Below, piece by piece: positions 12,332 to 24,364 of a DNA stretch of 64,000 nucleotides. The notes below the pieces were generated by a model. The model saw nothing but the letters and a program-made list of their open reading frames with translations. It had not been told where the DNA came from and searched no databases. Every line of letters starts with the position of its first letter. Position 1 is the first letter of the stretch. The stretch comes from Squalus acanthias (taxonomy: Eukaryota): positions 157,110,001 through 157,174,000 of the forward strand of contig CM059431.1 of the NCBI GenBank assembly GCA_030390025.1. Direction: 5' to 3'. The translations under genes were made by a program, and so were the position numbers.

Positions 12332-13389
12332 GTACATTGGATACCAGCGTTTGGGTTATTTAACGATTTCGAACTGAAACGTAAAATTCAGAATCAAAGG
12401 TTCATTTCAATTTAGCTCTGGGATTTTGCGGTCCACAGAAACGTGTCCTAAGATCGCTTTTCAAGTGTGTTGTATATGTATTTACGCAACCTTCCCTCAT
12501 AACTCTGATATTTGGATTTAACTTGGTCGCCCTTCTCTGTATGACTTCTACGTCTTGGATGTGCCCTCTGTGCTTAAATAATCAGAACTGAATCAGGAAC
12601 CCGATATGTTTCCTGACCTTAATGCAATTTAGCGTCAAATCATACCTAGCGATTTTTGCGAAATAATTTGCATTTTCTTTGCTTTATTGACCGCTTTAAA
12701 GTTTTATGCTATATTTCTTCATGGTGGCAGCTGGATTTTTGGCTTTTGTGCCCCATGCCCATGTTGCATGTTGGCAAGCTGCACACCATTGTGGATGGAC
12801 AATTCATTATGAAAATGCAAGTTTTGGATATGTGGCCCCAGGAGTACAACTCCATCCTGGGTTCCTGCGGTCATCTTGAGCCTATTGGCACTCCATGACT
12901 TTTCAGTCCCTCCACTTCACAAGTTCCAAATTGAATATCTGCTGCATTTTCAATCTGTCCATCTCGCAAACTTGCTCGTTGAATTTCAACTGTCATAATT
13001 CTATTCAACTCAACGTTTTGCCTATGTTCCTCTGTAGTTCCTTGGCTGCCTTATCCATCTGGATTTTAAATCCTAATTTAATATGTTCTTCCAATTTTGA
13101 CTAATTTGAGTTGCACTTCAGAATTCAGGTAGGTTATGCTAAATAGAAATATTAGTGGGAAACAACGATCTTTAGAACGATCCATTCAATCTAACTGCCC
13201 TTAACATCACTCACCTTATGAGTACGATTGATTCCTCTGTTTTACACAATTCCTCGTCCATTCCAAGTTTCACCTAGGTAGACTGTGTAGCCGTTTTTCA
13301 AGTGAATCTCATTGATTGTTTAAAAGAATCATAACTATGTTTTAACATCGGGCTCCTAACGTTCACTTCATCACAAAGGATAATCGGTT

Positions 13390-14735
13390 TATTCAGACTG
13401 AAATTCACCCATTTGAATCCGATCGCCCTGGTTATTTTCGTGTAGTAGCCTCCCAAACGGCCCTAATCAAAGTTACAAATGAATTCCTATGTAAATGTGA
13501 CCGTGGCGATCTATCCTTCTTCATCCTTCTCGACATCTCTGCAGCCTTTGATACGATTGACACACAGCATCCTCCTCCAAAGCCTCTCCTTCGTTGTCCA
13601 GCTGGGTGGGACAGCCGTCACCTGTTTGCATTATTATCCATCCAGTCATAGCCAGATAATCTCCTGCAATGGCGTCTCTTATCGCTACTGCACCGTTACC
13701 TCTGGATTCCCCCAAGTGTCCATCCTTGCCCCCCACCTCTTTCTCATCTACATGCTGTCCCTTGACGACATCTTCCAAAAGCGCAACGTCAGGTTCCACA
13801 TGTATGGTGACGACACTCAGATCTGCATCACCACCACCACTATGACCCCCCCCCCCCCCCACTGCCACTGCTTTGTCACGCTTCTTGTCCAACATCCAGG
13901 ATTAGGTGAGCAGAAACGTTCTCTAATGAAATAATGGGAAAACTGAAGCCATTGCCTTCGTTCCCCGCAACAAAACCCGTTCCCTAGCCACCGAATCCAT
14001 GCCTCTCCCTGGCGACTAACTCAGGCTGAATCAGACCTTTAGCAATCTCGGCGTCCTATTGGACCCTGAGCTGAGCTTCCGACTCCATATCCACACCATC
14101 GCCAAGATCATCTACTTCCACCTCCGTTATATGCCCGTCTCAGCCGATCAGCTACTGAGTCCGACATTCATGCTTTTGTTAACTCCATACTCGAGTATTC
14201 CAATGCTCCAATGGTCGGCATCCCACCTTACACCATCCGGAAAATTCAATTGATCCAAAACTTTTCTGCCGGTATCCTAATTCGCAACAAGGTTCGCTCA
14301 CCCATGTGTAATCTGGCCTACATTGGGTCCACTTCTAACAATGCCTCGAATTTAAAATTCTTATCCCAGTGCTCGAATGCGACCCTTGTGCAGCAACTCC
14401 ACCTCTATGCAAGCTCCTCCAGCACTACAACCGTCCGAAATCTCCGCGTTCCCCTAATTCTGACCTCTTGTACATCAACAATTTCCATCGCCCACCATTA
14501 GCTGCCCAGGCGCTCAGCTATGGAATTCCTCCCCTAAACAACTCCGCCTCTCGACTGCTTGCTCCTCCTTTAACACGCTCCTTAAAATCTATGTTTATGA
14601 CCAAGCTTGTTGCCACCTCTGTTAACAAGTCCTCATGTTACTCGTTTACAAATGTGTATGATAACACTCCTGTGAAGCCCTTTGGAACATTTTGTTATGC
14701 TAAATGCGCAATATAAATACAAGTTGTTGATGTTG
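13390..14735 (+). mobile_element. Degenerate L2 LINE 3' portion
   Basis: LLDISAAFDTIDH and HMYGDDTQ RT remnants; 3' end tataaatacaagttgttg. Confidence 0.85.
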
Positions 14736-14939
14736 GTTATACTCAATTTTTATTTTACCCAAGTTTTCGATTCAGATAATTTGGCAAGTATTTCAATTGA
14801 GACATGCTGGTTCATTTCCGTCTTCACTTCTTGCTAATTTGGCCGGGAGACCACAAGCCCACTGTAGAAGCTGCACCATTGTAATTGTGTTGAAATTAAT
14901 GAACTGAACAGCTGACGGTCTCAATAACAGACTGTTTAA

Positions 14940-15535
14940 CAGCCCATCCGCTGCTGAATCCGCCATCCATGCCTTTGTTACTTCTAGACTTGGCTATGCC
15001 AATGCAATCCTGGCCGGCCTCCAACATTCTACCCGACATAAAATTGTGATCACCCAAAACTCGCCAACCGGTTCACCCATCACCCCTGTCCTCGCTGACC
15101 TACATTGGCCCCCGGTTAAGCAACGCCTCTATTTCAAAATTCTCATCCTTGTTTTCAAATCACTCCATGGCCTCGCCCCTCCCTATCTCTGTTATTTCTT
15201 TCAGCCTATCAACCCCCCAAAATATCTGCGCTCCACTAATCCTGGCCTCTTGAGCATCACTCATTTTAATCGCTGAACCTTTGGTGGCCGTGCCTTCTGT
15301 TGCCTGGGCCCTAAGCTCTGGAATTCCCTGCCTAAACCACTCCGCCACGCTACCTCTCTTTCCTCGTTTAAGACGCTCCTTAAAACCTGACTCTTTGACC
15401 AACCTTTTGGTCACCTGCCCTAATTCCTCCTTATGTGGCTCGGTGTAAATTTTTTTGTCTTTTCATACTCATGTGAAGCGATGTGGGACGTTTTACTACG
15501 TTAAAAGCGTTATATAAATACAAGTTGTTGTTGTT
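14940..15535 (+). mobile_element. L2 LINE 3' fragment
   Basis: HAFVTSRL, ITPVLADLHWPPVKQR..FKILILVFK; tail tataaatacaagttgttgttgtt. Confidence 0.85.
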
Positions 15536-16358
15536 CTTGATGATGGTTATCAGCTCCTCCAGTTACTGTCCATCTGGTGAAGACTGAAATTATTCTAATG
15601 GAGTCGACAACGCAGAAGGAGATCATGTGGTTTATGGTACTTACCTTGGCAATCTGAGAGAGTTATCCACTTTGCGCTGCCCTTTCCCAATATTCTATTC
15701 CCCTTTTTCAAATATTTGTCCACTTCCCATTGAAAAAGTAATACAGATCTGATTGCATCTCTGTCTCTCGTGTGACATTCCATGTCATTATAAGCCTCTG
15801 CATTAAATAAAATAAAGATCGCAATGTCTCCCTTTGCCTTTGAGGTAAAGCTAATACATTAGCAGTTATGTAGTTTTTTTTTGTCATTGTTTTGAATAGT
15901 GGTTCAACGTTACCTTGTTTTTAATCCACTGCTGCCTCTCGTATTGAATAATTTCCTCCTTGAATGTCAGTTCTCTCGATTTTTCATTTACTTGATGCAG
16001 CACTCCGTGGTATATCATATCTACTGCATTACATTTATTGTTTTAATTTTAATCTATCAAATGCTAATAATGTTAAAACATCCTGAAATTCAGTTTCAGA
16101 ATTAGTTAATAATTCGGAAATAACTGCAAATGATGGAAATCTGAAATGGAAAAAAAATGCTTTTTAAATACCTCATGAATTGATGATAACTCAACACGGA
16201 GGGTGTGTCCAGCACCTGCTGATTTGGTAAAGTCAATAACCATAGCATCCCGAATTGGAACAACAGCGCTGGACATATTTGTCTCACAAGTATTAGACAC
16301 AACTTGATACGGTGCACCTCAAGATGTTGGGTTGAATCTTTCTGCATTGTGTTTCCAG

Positions 16359-16530
16359 CGCGTCAGGGAGCTGACGAAAAATAAACAGAGGACCGAAGCT
16401 TCAAAATTCCTTTTCGAAAAAGTGATGTCCATCGGAGCTAAAGCAGGGAGAGCAATGTGTGAAATATTTGTGAACATGCAGAGTACGATACCAAAGCTGA
16501 GGGAAATACTGAAAGAAATGCAAGCAAAAG
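16359..16530 (+). CDS. NLR exon: C-terminal half of CARD-like domain
   Basis: tttccag acceptor; RVRELTKNKQRTEASKFLFEKVMSIGAKAGRAMCEIFVNMQSTIPKLREILKEMQAK; AAG|gtatta donor. Confidence 0.85.
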
Positions 16531-16638
16531 GTATTAGCTGGTTCATTTGCACAACACGTAAATATTAACATATATTTTCCTAAACACCGGGTGTACTATT
16601 CCATTGATGATAAATCTGAATCACACTTTTCTCAATAG

Positions 16639-16704
16639 GTGTCAATTTACAATATGAAGCAACCTGGAGCCAAATAACGTCAAAAGTACCGCGTTATTTA
16701 GAAG
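16639..16704 (+). CDS. NLR linker exon (66 nt)
   Basis: ctcaatag acceptor; GVNLQYEATWSQITSKVPRYLE; AAG|gtacgt donor; phase 1-1. Confidence 0.75.
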
Positions 16705-16814
16705 GTACGTGGTGTTTAAACATTGCATGTACTATTAAACCGCTCTTCAGTTACTATGAAAGAAACAGCGCACAATTATATAGCGCTTTTCATTTCCTCA
16801 ACAGGTCCCAAAAT

Positions 16815-17050
16815 GCTAGATAGATAGTTATAGTTTATAGAAAATATTGATAGATACGTACAAAGATAAATATATACACACCTATATAAGAGAAAATTAT
16901 AGCTAGATAAATGGAAGAATAAATAAAGTGTCAACAGCATAAATAGATAGATAAAGAAAGGAAAGAAATGAAAAAGGAAAGATAGAAATGAAGAAAGAAT
17001 GAAACAAAAAAAAGAAACATCGATAGAGAGATATATGGATAGATATTAGA
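16815..17050. repeat. Degenerate (TAGA)n / (GAAA)n low-complexity tract in NLR intron
   Basis: tagatagatag and agaaaggaaagaaa runs. Confidence 0.75.
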
Positions 17051-17171
17051 CAGCACCATTGCGTTTCATGTTACATGGTCATTATGTTTTATCTTTTGAG
17101 GCATTATGCGCATGCTCATTCAACGTGTAATGATTTTGCCGTCGACTTTATTAGTTTTAATTGATTTGCAG

Positions 17172-18894
17172 AGATTCAAAACAAACATAAAGAAACTCTC
17201 CGCCAACAATGCGACAAGATGAAAGTGAATAGTGGGGAACGGACAAGTATTTTTTCGCTTGATGATCGATACACAAAAGTAATAATCGTTAAAAGCTCTC
17301 TGGAAGGTAAAACTGTAAGAGACGAAATTTGGGAAATAGGTAGAAAGAACGAAAAATTGCAAAAGAAACACCTAACGAATTCGCTGGAGAAAGTTGGAAT
17401 TGATCAATTTTTCAGAAGCAGTTTCGGTCGAACGAGCCTGTCTGGAACATCGGTAGGAACAGGTGAGGCCGGAATCGGTAAAACTACCATGGTGCAGAAG
17501 ATTGTCCATGACTGGGCCGCAGGCGAATTATATCAACAGTTCAACTTTGTCTTTCTTTTCAAATTTCGGAAATTACGAGACGTAAAAGAGAAGACCAGTC
17601 TGAAACAGCTAATACTAAATTAATATCGTTATTTTGGGAAGGACCTTGAGCGCGTGTGGGAAGAACCAGCGAAGATAATGCTTATATTCGATGGGTTAGA
17701 TGAATTTCATGAGGATATCAATTTTAGTGAACAGCAGAGAAACGTGGACCCAGAGCATCAGTGTTTCGATCCCGAGTGTCGGTGTGAAGTCTCTGATATT
17801 GTCCGGTGTCTGGTTCAGGGGAAGTTACTGAAGGGTTGTTCGGTGTTGGTCACGAGCCGACTCAGTGCCCTGGGTTCGCTGAATAAATCCGATGTCAATC
17901 TCTGTGCTGAGATACTCGGTTTCCTTGCAGAAGAAAGAAGAGATTATTGTCGGAGATTTTTCGGGTATGCCAAGATGGCGGACGCCGTTTTCAAATACAT
18001 CGAAGAGAACGACGTCCTGTACACCATGTGTTATATTCCCGTGCACTGCTGGATCACTTGTTCCACGTTGGCCCCGCTCTTTAGAGGTCAAGAGAAAAGA
18101 GAAAGACAACTTCCTGAAACTATCACCGAACTCTTTTCAAATTTCTTGGCCAGCTTGTTAAAAAGAGAAGGTTGTAATATTAAAAACAGATGTGAGCTTT
18201 TACTCAAACTCGCGGAGATGGCCTATGACGGAGTCAGCAAGAAATCCCTGATATTTCATGATGATGATTTCAAACGTCACAACCTGCAACCTTCAAAATT
18301 CACTTCCGGGTTTATGATGCAAATTCTCTGCGAACACAACTCAGCCAGCAGTGCCGTGCACACAGTTACTCATCTCACGCTACAAGAGTTTCTCGCAGCC
18401 CTCTCACTGTTCTTGAAATCAACTCCACAGAAAATGGAACAGCTCCTGAATAAAGCAACCTGGGACAGTGATAAGCGGTTTGAGATATTCTTCCGTTTCC
18501 TGGCTGGTCTTTCCTCTCCATATTCAACTCGAGAGCTAAAAAAGGATTTGGGCTTGTTCGATGAATCAACATGCCGCAAAGTGATAGATTGGTTGCAAGA
18601 GGAGGTTCAGCGAATGATTGAAAAGGGTGAGGGACAGGAGAATAAAACAGAACTTCTGGCCACATTCTACCTACTGTCTGAATCCCGAAATTCACCACTG
18701 ATGAAGAAATTGCTTGGATCTGTAAAGAAGGTTGCATTTTGTGGTTCAGAACTCAGTGCGGTGGATTGCATGGTACTGGCGACGGTCCTGAGGCCTTGTG
18801 ATGTTTTAGAAGAACGAGATCTGACCCAGTGCTCAATACAAGATGAAGGGATCCAGAGACTGACAGGGGTTTTACACAAGTGCAAAATTCTGAG
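17172..18894 (+). CDS. NLR large exon: NACHT, helical domains, first LRRs (in-frame TAA at 17621)
   Basis: Walker A GEAGIGKTT, Walker B MLIFDGLDE, VLVTSR, EILGF, HLTLQEFLAAL, RFLAGLSS; ORFs 17219-17623 and 17654-18898 share a frame; ttgcag acceptor and GAG|gtaatt donor. Confidence 0.95.
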
Positions 18895-19367
18895 GTAATT
18901 TTAAATAAGTTACTGAAATGTACTAACGAATTCCGTGGCATCTACATAAGCAAGGCAGCAATTCCGTGAGAGGTCTTTGCATCGGGTGACATAGGAAAAA
19001 AGAAAGAGATTTAATTTACATAATCGCACATTCAAGACACCGGGATAATTGTAGGGCCTTTATAGGTCACATTACTATCTCCTGGTGGAAAGTGCACCGA
19101 TTTGAGCAGCTTGAACTGCCTGGCATTCGCCCTCAGGCGCTTTACTTCCTCCGAGCACATCAGCTTACAGGCTTCATAGAGTCATAGATTAATAGACTTA
19201 TACAGCACAGAAAGAGGTCCTTCGGCCTATCGTGTCTACGCCGGCCATCAAGCACTATCTATTCTAATCCCATTTTCCAGCACTTGGTCCGTAGCCTTGT
19301 ATGCTATGGTATTTCTATTGTGAGAAGTCGCACAACACCAGGTTATAGTCCAACAGCTTTATTTGAA

Positions 19368-19406
19368 ATCACAAGCTTTCGGAGCGCTGCTCCTTCGTCA
19401 GGTGAA
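19368..19406 (-). ncRNA. Minimal (dimeric-type) hammerhead ribozyme motif of P1
   Basis: Minus strand UCAC-CUGACGA-A-GGAGCAGCGCUCC-GAAA-GCU-U-GUGA: stem I UCAC/GUGA, stem II GGAGC/GCUCC, palindromic AGCU stem III. Confidence 0.8.
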
Positions 19407-19596
19407 GTGAAGAGATGCATATAGGCACAGCATATATAGTCAGAGAACACTGCCAGATGATTACAGTTAATCTTTCTAACTGCCCTTTATCACACCTCGG
19501 CAGAGAGATAATCACGGCAATCAAAGGTGTGGATGGCGTCCCAACAGGTCAGTCAGGAAAACATTACATCAAAGACAATGAGGTGGGGTCACAATG

Positions 19597-19733
19597 GGTC
19601 AAATGTGGCAGATGCTGGGGTCTGTATGGAAAACAAAAACATTTCTTTGCTGGAAATCACAGCAGGTCCGGCCGCATCTGTGTAGAGAGAACAAGCCAAC
19701 GACGACTCGAGTCTGGATGACTCTACGTCAGGC
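19597..19733 (-). mobile_element. Penelope mini-element with degenerate hammerhead, nested in the P1 3' region
   Basis: Minus strand CTGACGTagagtcatccagactcGAGT... followed by cagatgcggccggacctgctg tail; imperfect flanking repeat ggggtcacaatg / ggggttacatg. Confidence 0.6.
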
Positions 19734-19756
19734 GGGGTTACATGTAGCGTGACATT

Positions 19757-20519
19757 GGCCCAGAAATTAAACAGTGAGTGTTCCCGCGGGGGTAACGCTT
19801 CCCCGCGATATCTCACCCCGCGCCTACCTTTTTCCTCCGGGCCCACACGAACATGAGTTTCAAGGCCAGTCCCACATGCAGCTGTGCAGTGTGTGCGTGT
19901 CCCTGAGGCGCAATTAGTTCGTGAGAGCTCTGGGATCACGTGATTCAGTTACAGCCAATGGCAGCACACCATCTTTCATTCATAGTTTTCACAGCAAGAG
20001 CTGTCAAAGCTATGAATCCTACACAACCCCAAAAGAACATCTAAACCTCAATTAAATTTAAAAAAAGCCATCACATTAATAAAATAAGTATAGTTAAATA
20101 AATTAACCACTTTAAACAAAAAATTAAATATTTGAAAAAATTAAAAATCTTTTTAAAAGTTATAAAAATAAACTTACCTTTCTTTAAAGTCTCTAAAAAA
20201 GATAAACCTGTTGAAAAAAATTTAAAATAACACTTAATTAACTACTTACCTTGTTAAAAGGGGGTCCTACGCCTGCTTTCTTTATGTGTAAAATCTTCAA
20301 CACTTACCTGCGCGTTCAAAGCTGCAAAAATAACTGAGTGCACTGCGTGCGCGCAGCCTGTAGCATGCACGCGGTTCACTTAGGAACCGCCCCCTTTTGA
20401 ATTCACGAAGTGCCGGTTTCCTGCGCATTCGCAGTGCATGCAGGAAACCGGCAATTGGAGACCTAAAACGCGAGAGTACACATTGTGTACTCTTGCGTAT
20501 TAGGTCTAATTTTCAGGCC
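19757..20519. mobile_element. PIF/Harbinger-type MITE (763 bp)
   Basis: TIRs GGCCCAGAAATT / AATTTTCAGGCC; 3-bp TSD ATT; its removal restores the Penelope ORF end. Confidence 0.88.
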
Positions 20520-22597
20520 ATTAACCCAAGATCCCGGTTGAGGCCGTCCTCATGGGTGCATAACTTGGCTATCAGTTTCTGCTCGACGATTTTGCGTTGT
20601 CGTGTGTCTCGAAGGCCGCTTTGGAGAACGCATGCCCAAAGATCGGAGGCTGAATGTCCTTGACTGCTGAAGTGTTCCCCGACTGGGAGGGAACACTCCT
20701 GCCTGGCGATTGTTGCACGGTGTCCGTTCATACATTGTTGCATTGTCTGCATGGTCTCGCTGATGTACCATGCTCCGGGGCATCCTTTCCTGCAATGTAT
20801 GAGGTAGACAACGTTGGCCGAGGCACATGAGTAGGTACCATGTACCTGGTGGGTGGTGTCATCAAGTCTGTTGATGGTATCTGTGTTGATGATCTGGCAT
20901 GTCTTGCAGAGGTAGCCGTGGCAGGGTTGTGTGGTGTCGTGATCGCTGTTCTCCTGAAAGCTGGGTAATTTGCTCCGAACGATGGTCTGTTTGAGGTTAG
21001 GTGGCTGTTTGAAGGCGAGTAGTGGAGGGGTGGGGATGGCCTTAGCGAGGTGTTCGTCGTCATCGATGACTTGTTGAAGGCTGTGAAGAAAATAGCGTTG
21101 TTTCTCCGCCCCCGGGAAGTACTGGACGACGTAGGGTACTCTATTGGTTGTGTCCCATGTTTGTCTTCTGAGGAGGTCTATGCGATTTTTCGCTGTGGCC
21201 CGTCGGAACTGTCGATCGACGAGTCGAGCGTCATATCCCATTCTTACGATGGCGTCTTTCAGCGTCTGTAGCTGTCCATCGCGTTCCTCCTCATCTGAGC
21301 AGATCCTGTATATTCGCACGGCTTGTCCATAGGGGATGGCTTCTTTAACGTGGTTAGGGTGGTTGCTGGAGAAGTGCGGCATCGTGAGGTTGTCCGTGGG
21401 CTTGCGGTAGAGTGAAGTGCTGAGGTGTCCGTCTTTGATGGAGATTCGTGTGTCCAAGAATGAAACCGATTCTGAGGAGTAGTCCATGGTGAGTTTGATG
21501 GTGGGATGGAACTTGTTGATGTTATCGTGTAGTCTTTTCAGTGATTCTTCGCCGTGGGTCCATAGGAAGAAAATGTCGTCGATGTATCTGGTGTATAGCA
21601 TTGGTTGGAGGTCCTGTGCAGCGAAGAAGTCTTGTTCGAACTTGTGCATGAAAATGTTGGTGTGTTGGGGTGCGAATTTGGTCCCCATGGCTGTTCCGTG
21701 TGTTTGTGTAAAAAACTGGTTGTCGAATGTGAAGACTTTGTGGTCAAGGATGAAGCAGATGAGTTTTAGGATGGCGTCTGGAGATAGGCTGTTGTTGGTG
21801 TTGAGTACTGAGACTGTCACAACGATGCCGTCATCGTGGGGGATACCTGTGTAGAGTGCCGAGACGTCCATCGTGGCGAGGAGTGTTCCTGGTTCGACTG
21901 GTCCGTGGGTGCTGAGTTTCTGTAGAAAGTCTGTATTGTCGCGACAGAAGCTGGGGGTTCCCTGTACGATGGGTTTCAGGAAGCACTCGACGTATCCAGA
22001 GAGGTTCTCACACAGGGTACCGTTGCCTGATACGATAGGACGTCCGGGTGTGTTGGCATTGTGTATCTTTGGGAGGCAGTAGAATTCTCCCACGCGGGGA
22101 GTACGTGGGATGCGAGAACGTAGGATACTTTGAAGGTCTGGATCCAAGGTCTTGATCTGTCTATTGAGTTGGTGGGTGTGTTCTTTGGTCGGATCTATAG
22201 GTAACTGTCTGTAGTGTTCCTGGTTGTCCAGTTGTCGGTATGCTTCTTTGCAATAGTTCATTCTGTTCTGTATGATGATTGCTCCTCCTTTGTCCGCTGG
22301 TTTGATGACGATGTTACGGTTGGTCTTGAGAGCGTGGATGGCGTTGCGTTGTGCTCGGGTGACATTCTGGAATGTCTTGCGAGTGCGGTTGATGAATCTG
22401 GCGTTGATGCATCTCCTGACAGCTTGAGCATACATGTCAAGCTTAGGGCAGCGACCCTCCGGATGGGTGCAATTTGACTCTTTATTCTTCGGTTGCTGCG
22501 CTGCGGGTCCCTCTGTCTGCTTTTCCGGATCATTGATTGTCTCATTGTGTTCGCTGCTGACATCTTGGGATTCGTGGAAGAATTCCCGGAGCCTCAT
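20513..22597 (-). CDS. Penelope-like reverse transcriptase / GIY-YIG endonuclease (694 aa, last codons displaced by a MITE)
   Basis: IKPADKGG, CLPKIH, TMDVSALYT, GTAMGTKFAP, RYIDDIF, FLDT, YRKPTD; Cys linker; NVVYLIHC...WYISET (usually YIGET); GLN. Removing the MITE gives ...LNRDLGLMSRYM* ending at 19738. Confidence 0.93.
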   Translation of the reverse strand: MRLREFFHESQDVSSEHNETINDPEKQTEGPAAQQPKNKESNCTHPEGRCPKLDMYAQAVRRCINARFINRTRKTFQNVTRAQRNAIHALKTNRNIVIKPADKGGAIIIQNRMNYCKEAYRQLDNQEHYRQLPIDPTKEHTHQLNRQIKTLDPDLQSILRSRIPRTPRVGEFYCLPKIHNANTPGRPIVSGNGTLCENLSGYVECFLKPIVQGTPSFCRDNTDFLQKLSTHGPVEPGTLLATMDVSALYTGIPHDDGIVVTVSVLNTNNSLSPDAILKLICFILDHKVFTFDNQFFTQTHGTAMGTKFAPQHTNIFMHKFEQDFFAAQDLQPMLYTRYIDDIFFLWTHGEESLKRLHDNINKFHPTIKLTMDYSSESVSFLDTRISIKDGHLSTSLYRKPTDNLTMPHFSSNHPNHVKEAIPYGQAVRIYRICSDEEERDGQLQTLKDAIVRMGYDARLVDRQFRRATAKNRIDLLRRQTWDTTNRVPYVVQYFPGAEKQRYFLHSLQQVIDDDEHLAKAIPTPPLLAFKQPPNLKQTIVRSKLPSFQENSDHDTTQPCHGYLCKTCQIINTDTINRLDDTTHQVHGTYSCASANVVYLIHCRKGCPGAWYISETMQTMQQCMNGHRATIARQECSLPVGEHFSSQGHSASDLWACVLQSGLRDTRQRKIVEQKLIAKLCTHEDGLNRDLGLMA

Positions 22598-23132
22598 TCT
22601 CCTGATGAATTCCTTTGCGTCTGCCGCGAGATTGATGGGGCATCATGGTATTTCAAGTGCTCATCTAAATGCGTCTTGAATGTTTTGAGGGTTCCTGCCT
22701 CTAGCACCATTTCAGGCAGTGAGTTCCAGATTCCAACCACCCTCTGGGTGAATTTTTTTTTCCTCAAATGCCGTCTAAACCTCCTGCCCCTTACCTTGAA
22801 ACAATGCCCCCTGTTTATTGACCCCTCTACTAAGGGCAACAGTTCCTTTCTATCTACCCTATCTATGCCCCTCATAATTTTGTACACCTCAATCAGGTCC
22901 CCCCTCAGCCTTCTCTGCTCTAAGGAAAACAACCCCAGCCTGTCCAGTCTCTCTTCATGGCTGAAACGCTCCAGCCCAGGTAACATCCTGGTGAATCTCT
23001 TCTGCACCCTCTCTAATGGAATCACATCCTTCCTATAGCGTGGCGACCAGAACTGCACACAGTATTCCAGCTGTGGCCTAACTAACTTTTTGTACAACTC
23101 CATCATAGCCTCCCTGCTCTTATATTCTATAC

Positions 23133-23266
23133 GATAGCAAAATACTGCGGATGCTGGAAATCCGAAATAACAACAGAAAACGCTGGAAAAACTCAGCAGG
23201 CCAGGCAGCATCCGTGGAGAGAGAAAGAGAGTTAACGTTTCAGGTCGATGACCTTTCATCAGAACA
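23133..23266 (-). mobile_element. 134-bp Penelope mini-element with intact hammerhead core
   Basis: 15-bp TSD TCTTATATTCTATAC (23118-23132 / 23267-23281); minus strand GUU-CUGAUGA-AAGGUCAUCGACCU-GAAACGUU-AAC; nearly identical to the P2 3' end. Confidence 0.88.
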
Positions 23267-24116
23267 TCTTATATTCTATACTTCGGCTAATGAAGGCAAG
23301 TATCCCATATGCCTTCATATTGGCACACCCTCTAGTGACAATAAAGGGAATTGGGTAACTGTATGCATCTTATTAACCGGGGCAAAGGTTATCGAAAGTC
23401 CAAGTGACATATTTTACAAAAAAGAGCCTTTAAATGCCTTAACGCTTACCTTAAAAATGTATTGGCTTTTTAATAGCAGAAAACTGCGACACATAAGCAC
23501 CTGATATTCGTCCCCTGAAAAAAGAAGGGGAGCAAGAAAGGGAGAAAAAGGGAAGTTACTCTGCATGAGGTGATTTTTCATTTTTGTCACAAAATGGAAA
23601 ACGGGCGGGATTGGATTGGGTGAGATGTATAATGGGTAACCAATTCTCTATCACCAGTCTTATATTATCGTACAAAGTCGAAATCGTCTTTTTTGTGTCT
23701 AACAACGATCTGTTACAAGTGGCACTGACGCATTCCTTGGCATTCTTCTAGTGGAAGGATCAATTTCCTGCACATAAATTGAGTACATTCTTGTAAATTT
23801 CAAAAAGCTAACGGCTCATTACGATTTCCAAATAGGGTAACTCAAATCTTTGTTCACCAAGTTCACTTTAAATTTAGTCTGTTACGTCTGTATTTTATGG
23901 GCTGTCTCTAACGAAGACTAACGTTCTTGGGTAGATATCTCAAGCGGAACAATGACAATTAAAGACCATGTGTAATCGCTCCTACCTTACGTGAAATCTT
24001 TCTCTGATATGTATTATCAGTGATGGGCTCCAATGATTAGAATATTCTTTAAGATGCTTTATTTTGTGAACCTCAAGAAATTCGTAAATCAGATGAATCA
24101 ACTATATGAACAACGT

Positions 24117-24282
24117 AATAGAAATTCTGAAATTCGTCTTGCACAACCGAGCAAAATGGACACGATCGCATTGTCCGCCTGTTATACTGTTCAATGAAAC
24201 CGAATATCAGGCTTGGCTTATAAGAGGCGGGCAGTGCAATACCGCCCGCATTACGCAACTGCACGAGAAGAATTTCTATCCT
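24117..24282. mobile_element. Degenerate foldback MITE (family of 47001/50817)
   Basis: gaaattcgtcttgc...gcacgagaagaatttcta ends; aaccgaatatcaggc core. Confidence 0.55.
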
Positions 24283-24364
24283 ATAGTTTTAAACACTGGA
24301 ATGTATTCCCCAACGTCGGAGCTTAAACACATTCCACGTTATGTCTAATGTTATTTGTGTTTAG

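Larger units (their letters stand above)
19316..22644 (-). mobile_element. 5'-truncated Penelope-like element (P1) with hammerhead-bearing 3' end
   Basis: 10-bp TSD ATGGTATTTC (19306-19315 / 22645-22654); RT + GIY-YIG ORF; hammerhead core at ~19368-19406. Confidence 0.93.
19175..23325 (-). mobile_element. CR1 3' fragment (copy C) hosting Penelope insertions at 19316-22644 and 23133-23266
   Basis: Tail catagagtcataga near 19175; RT C-terminal ORF (LVRPQLEYCVQFWSP...FTQRVVGIWNSLP) at 22655-23130. Confidence 0.9.
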
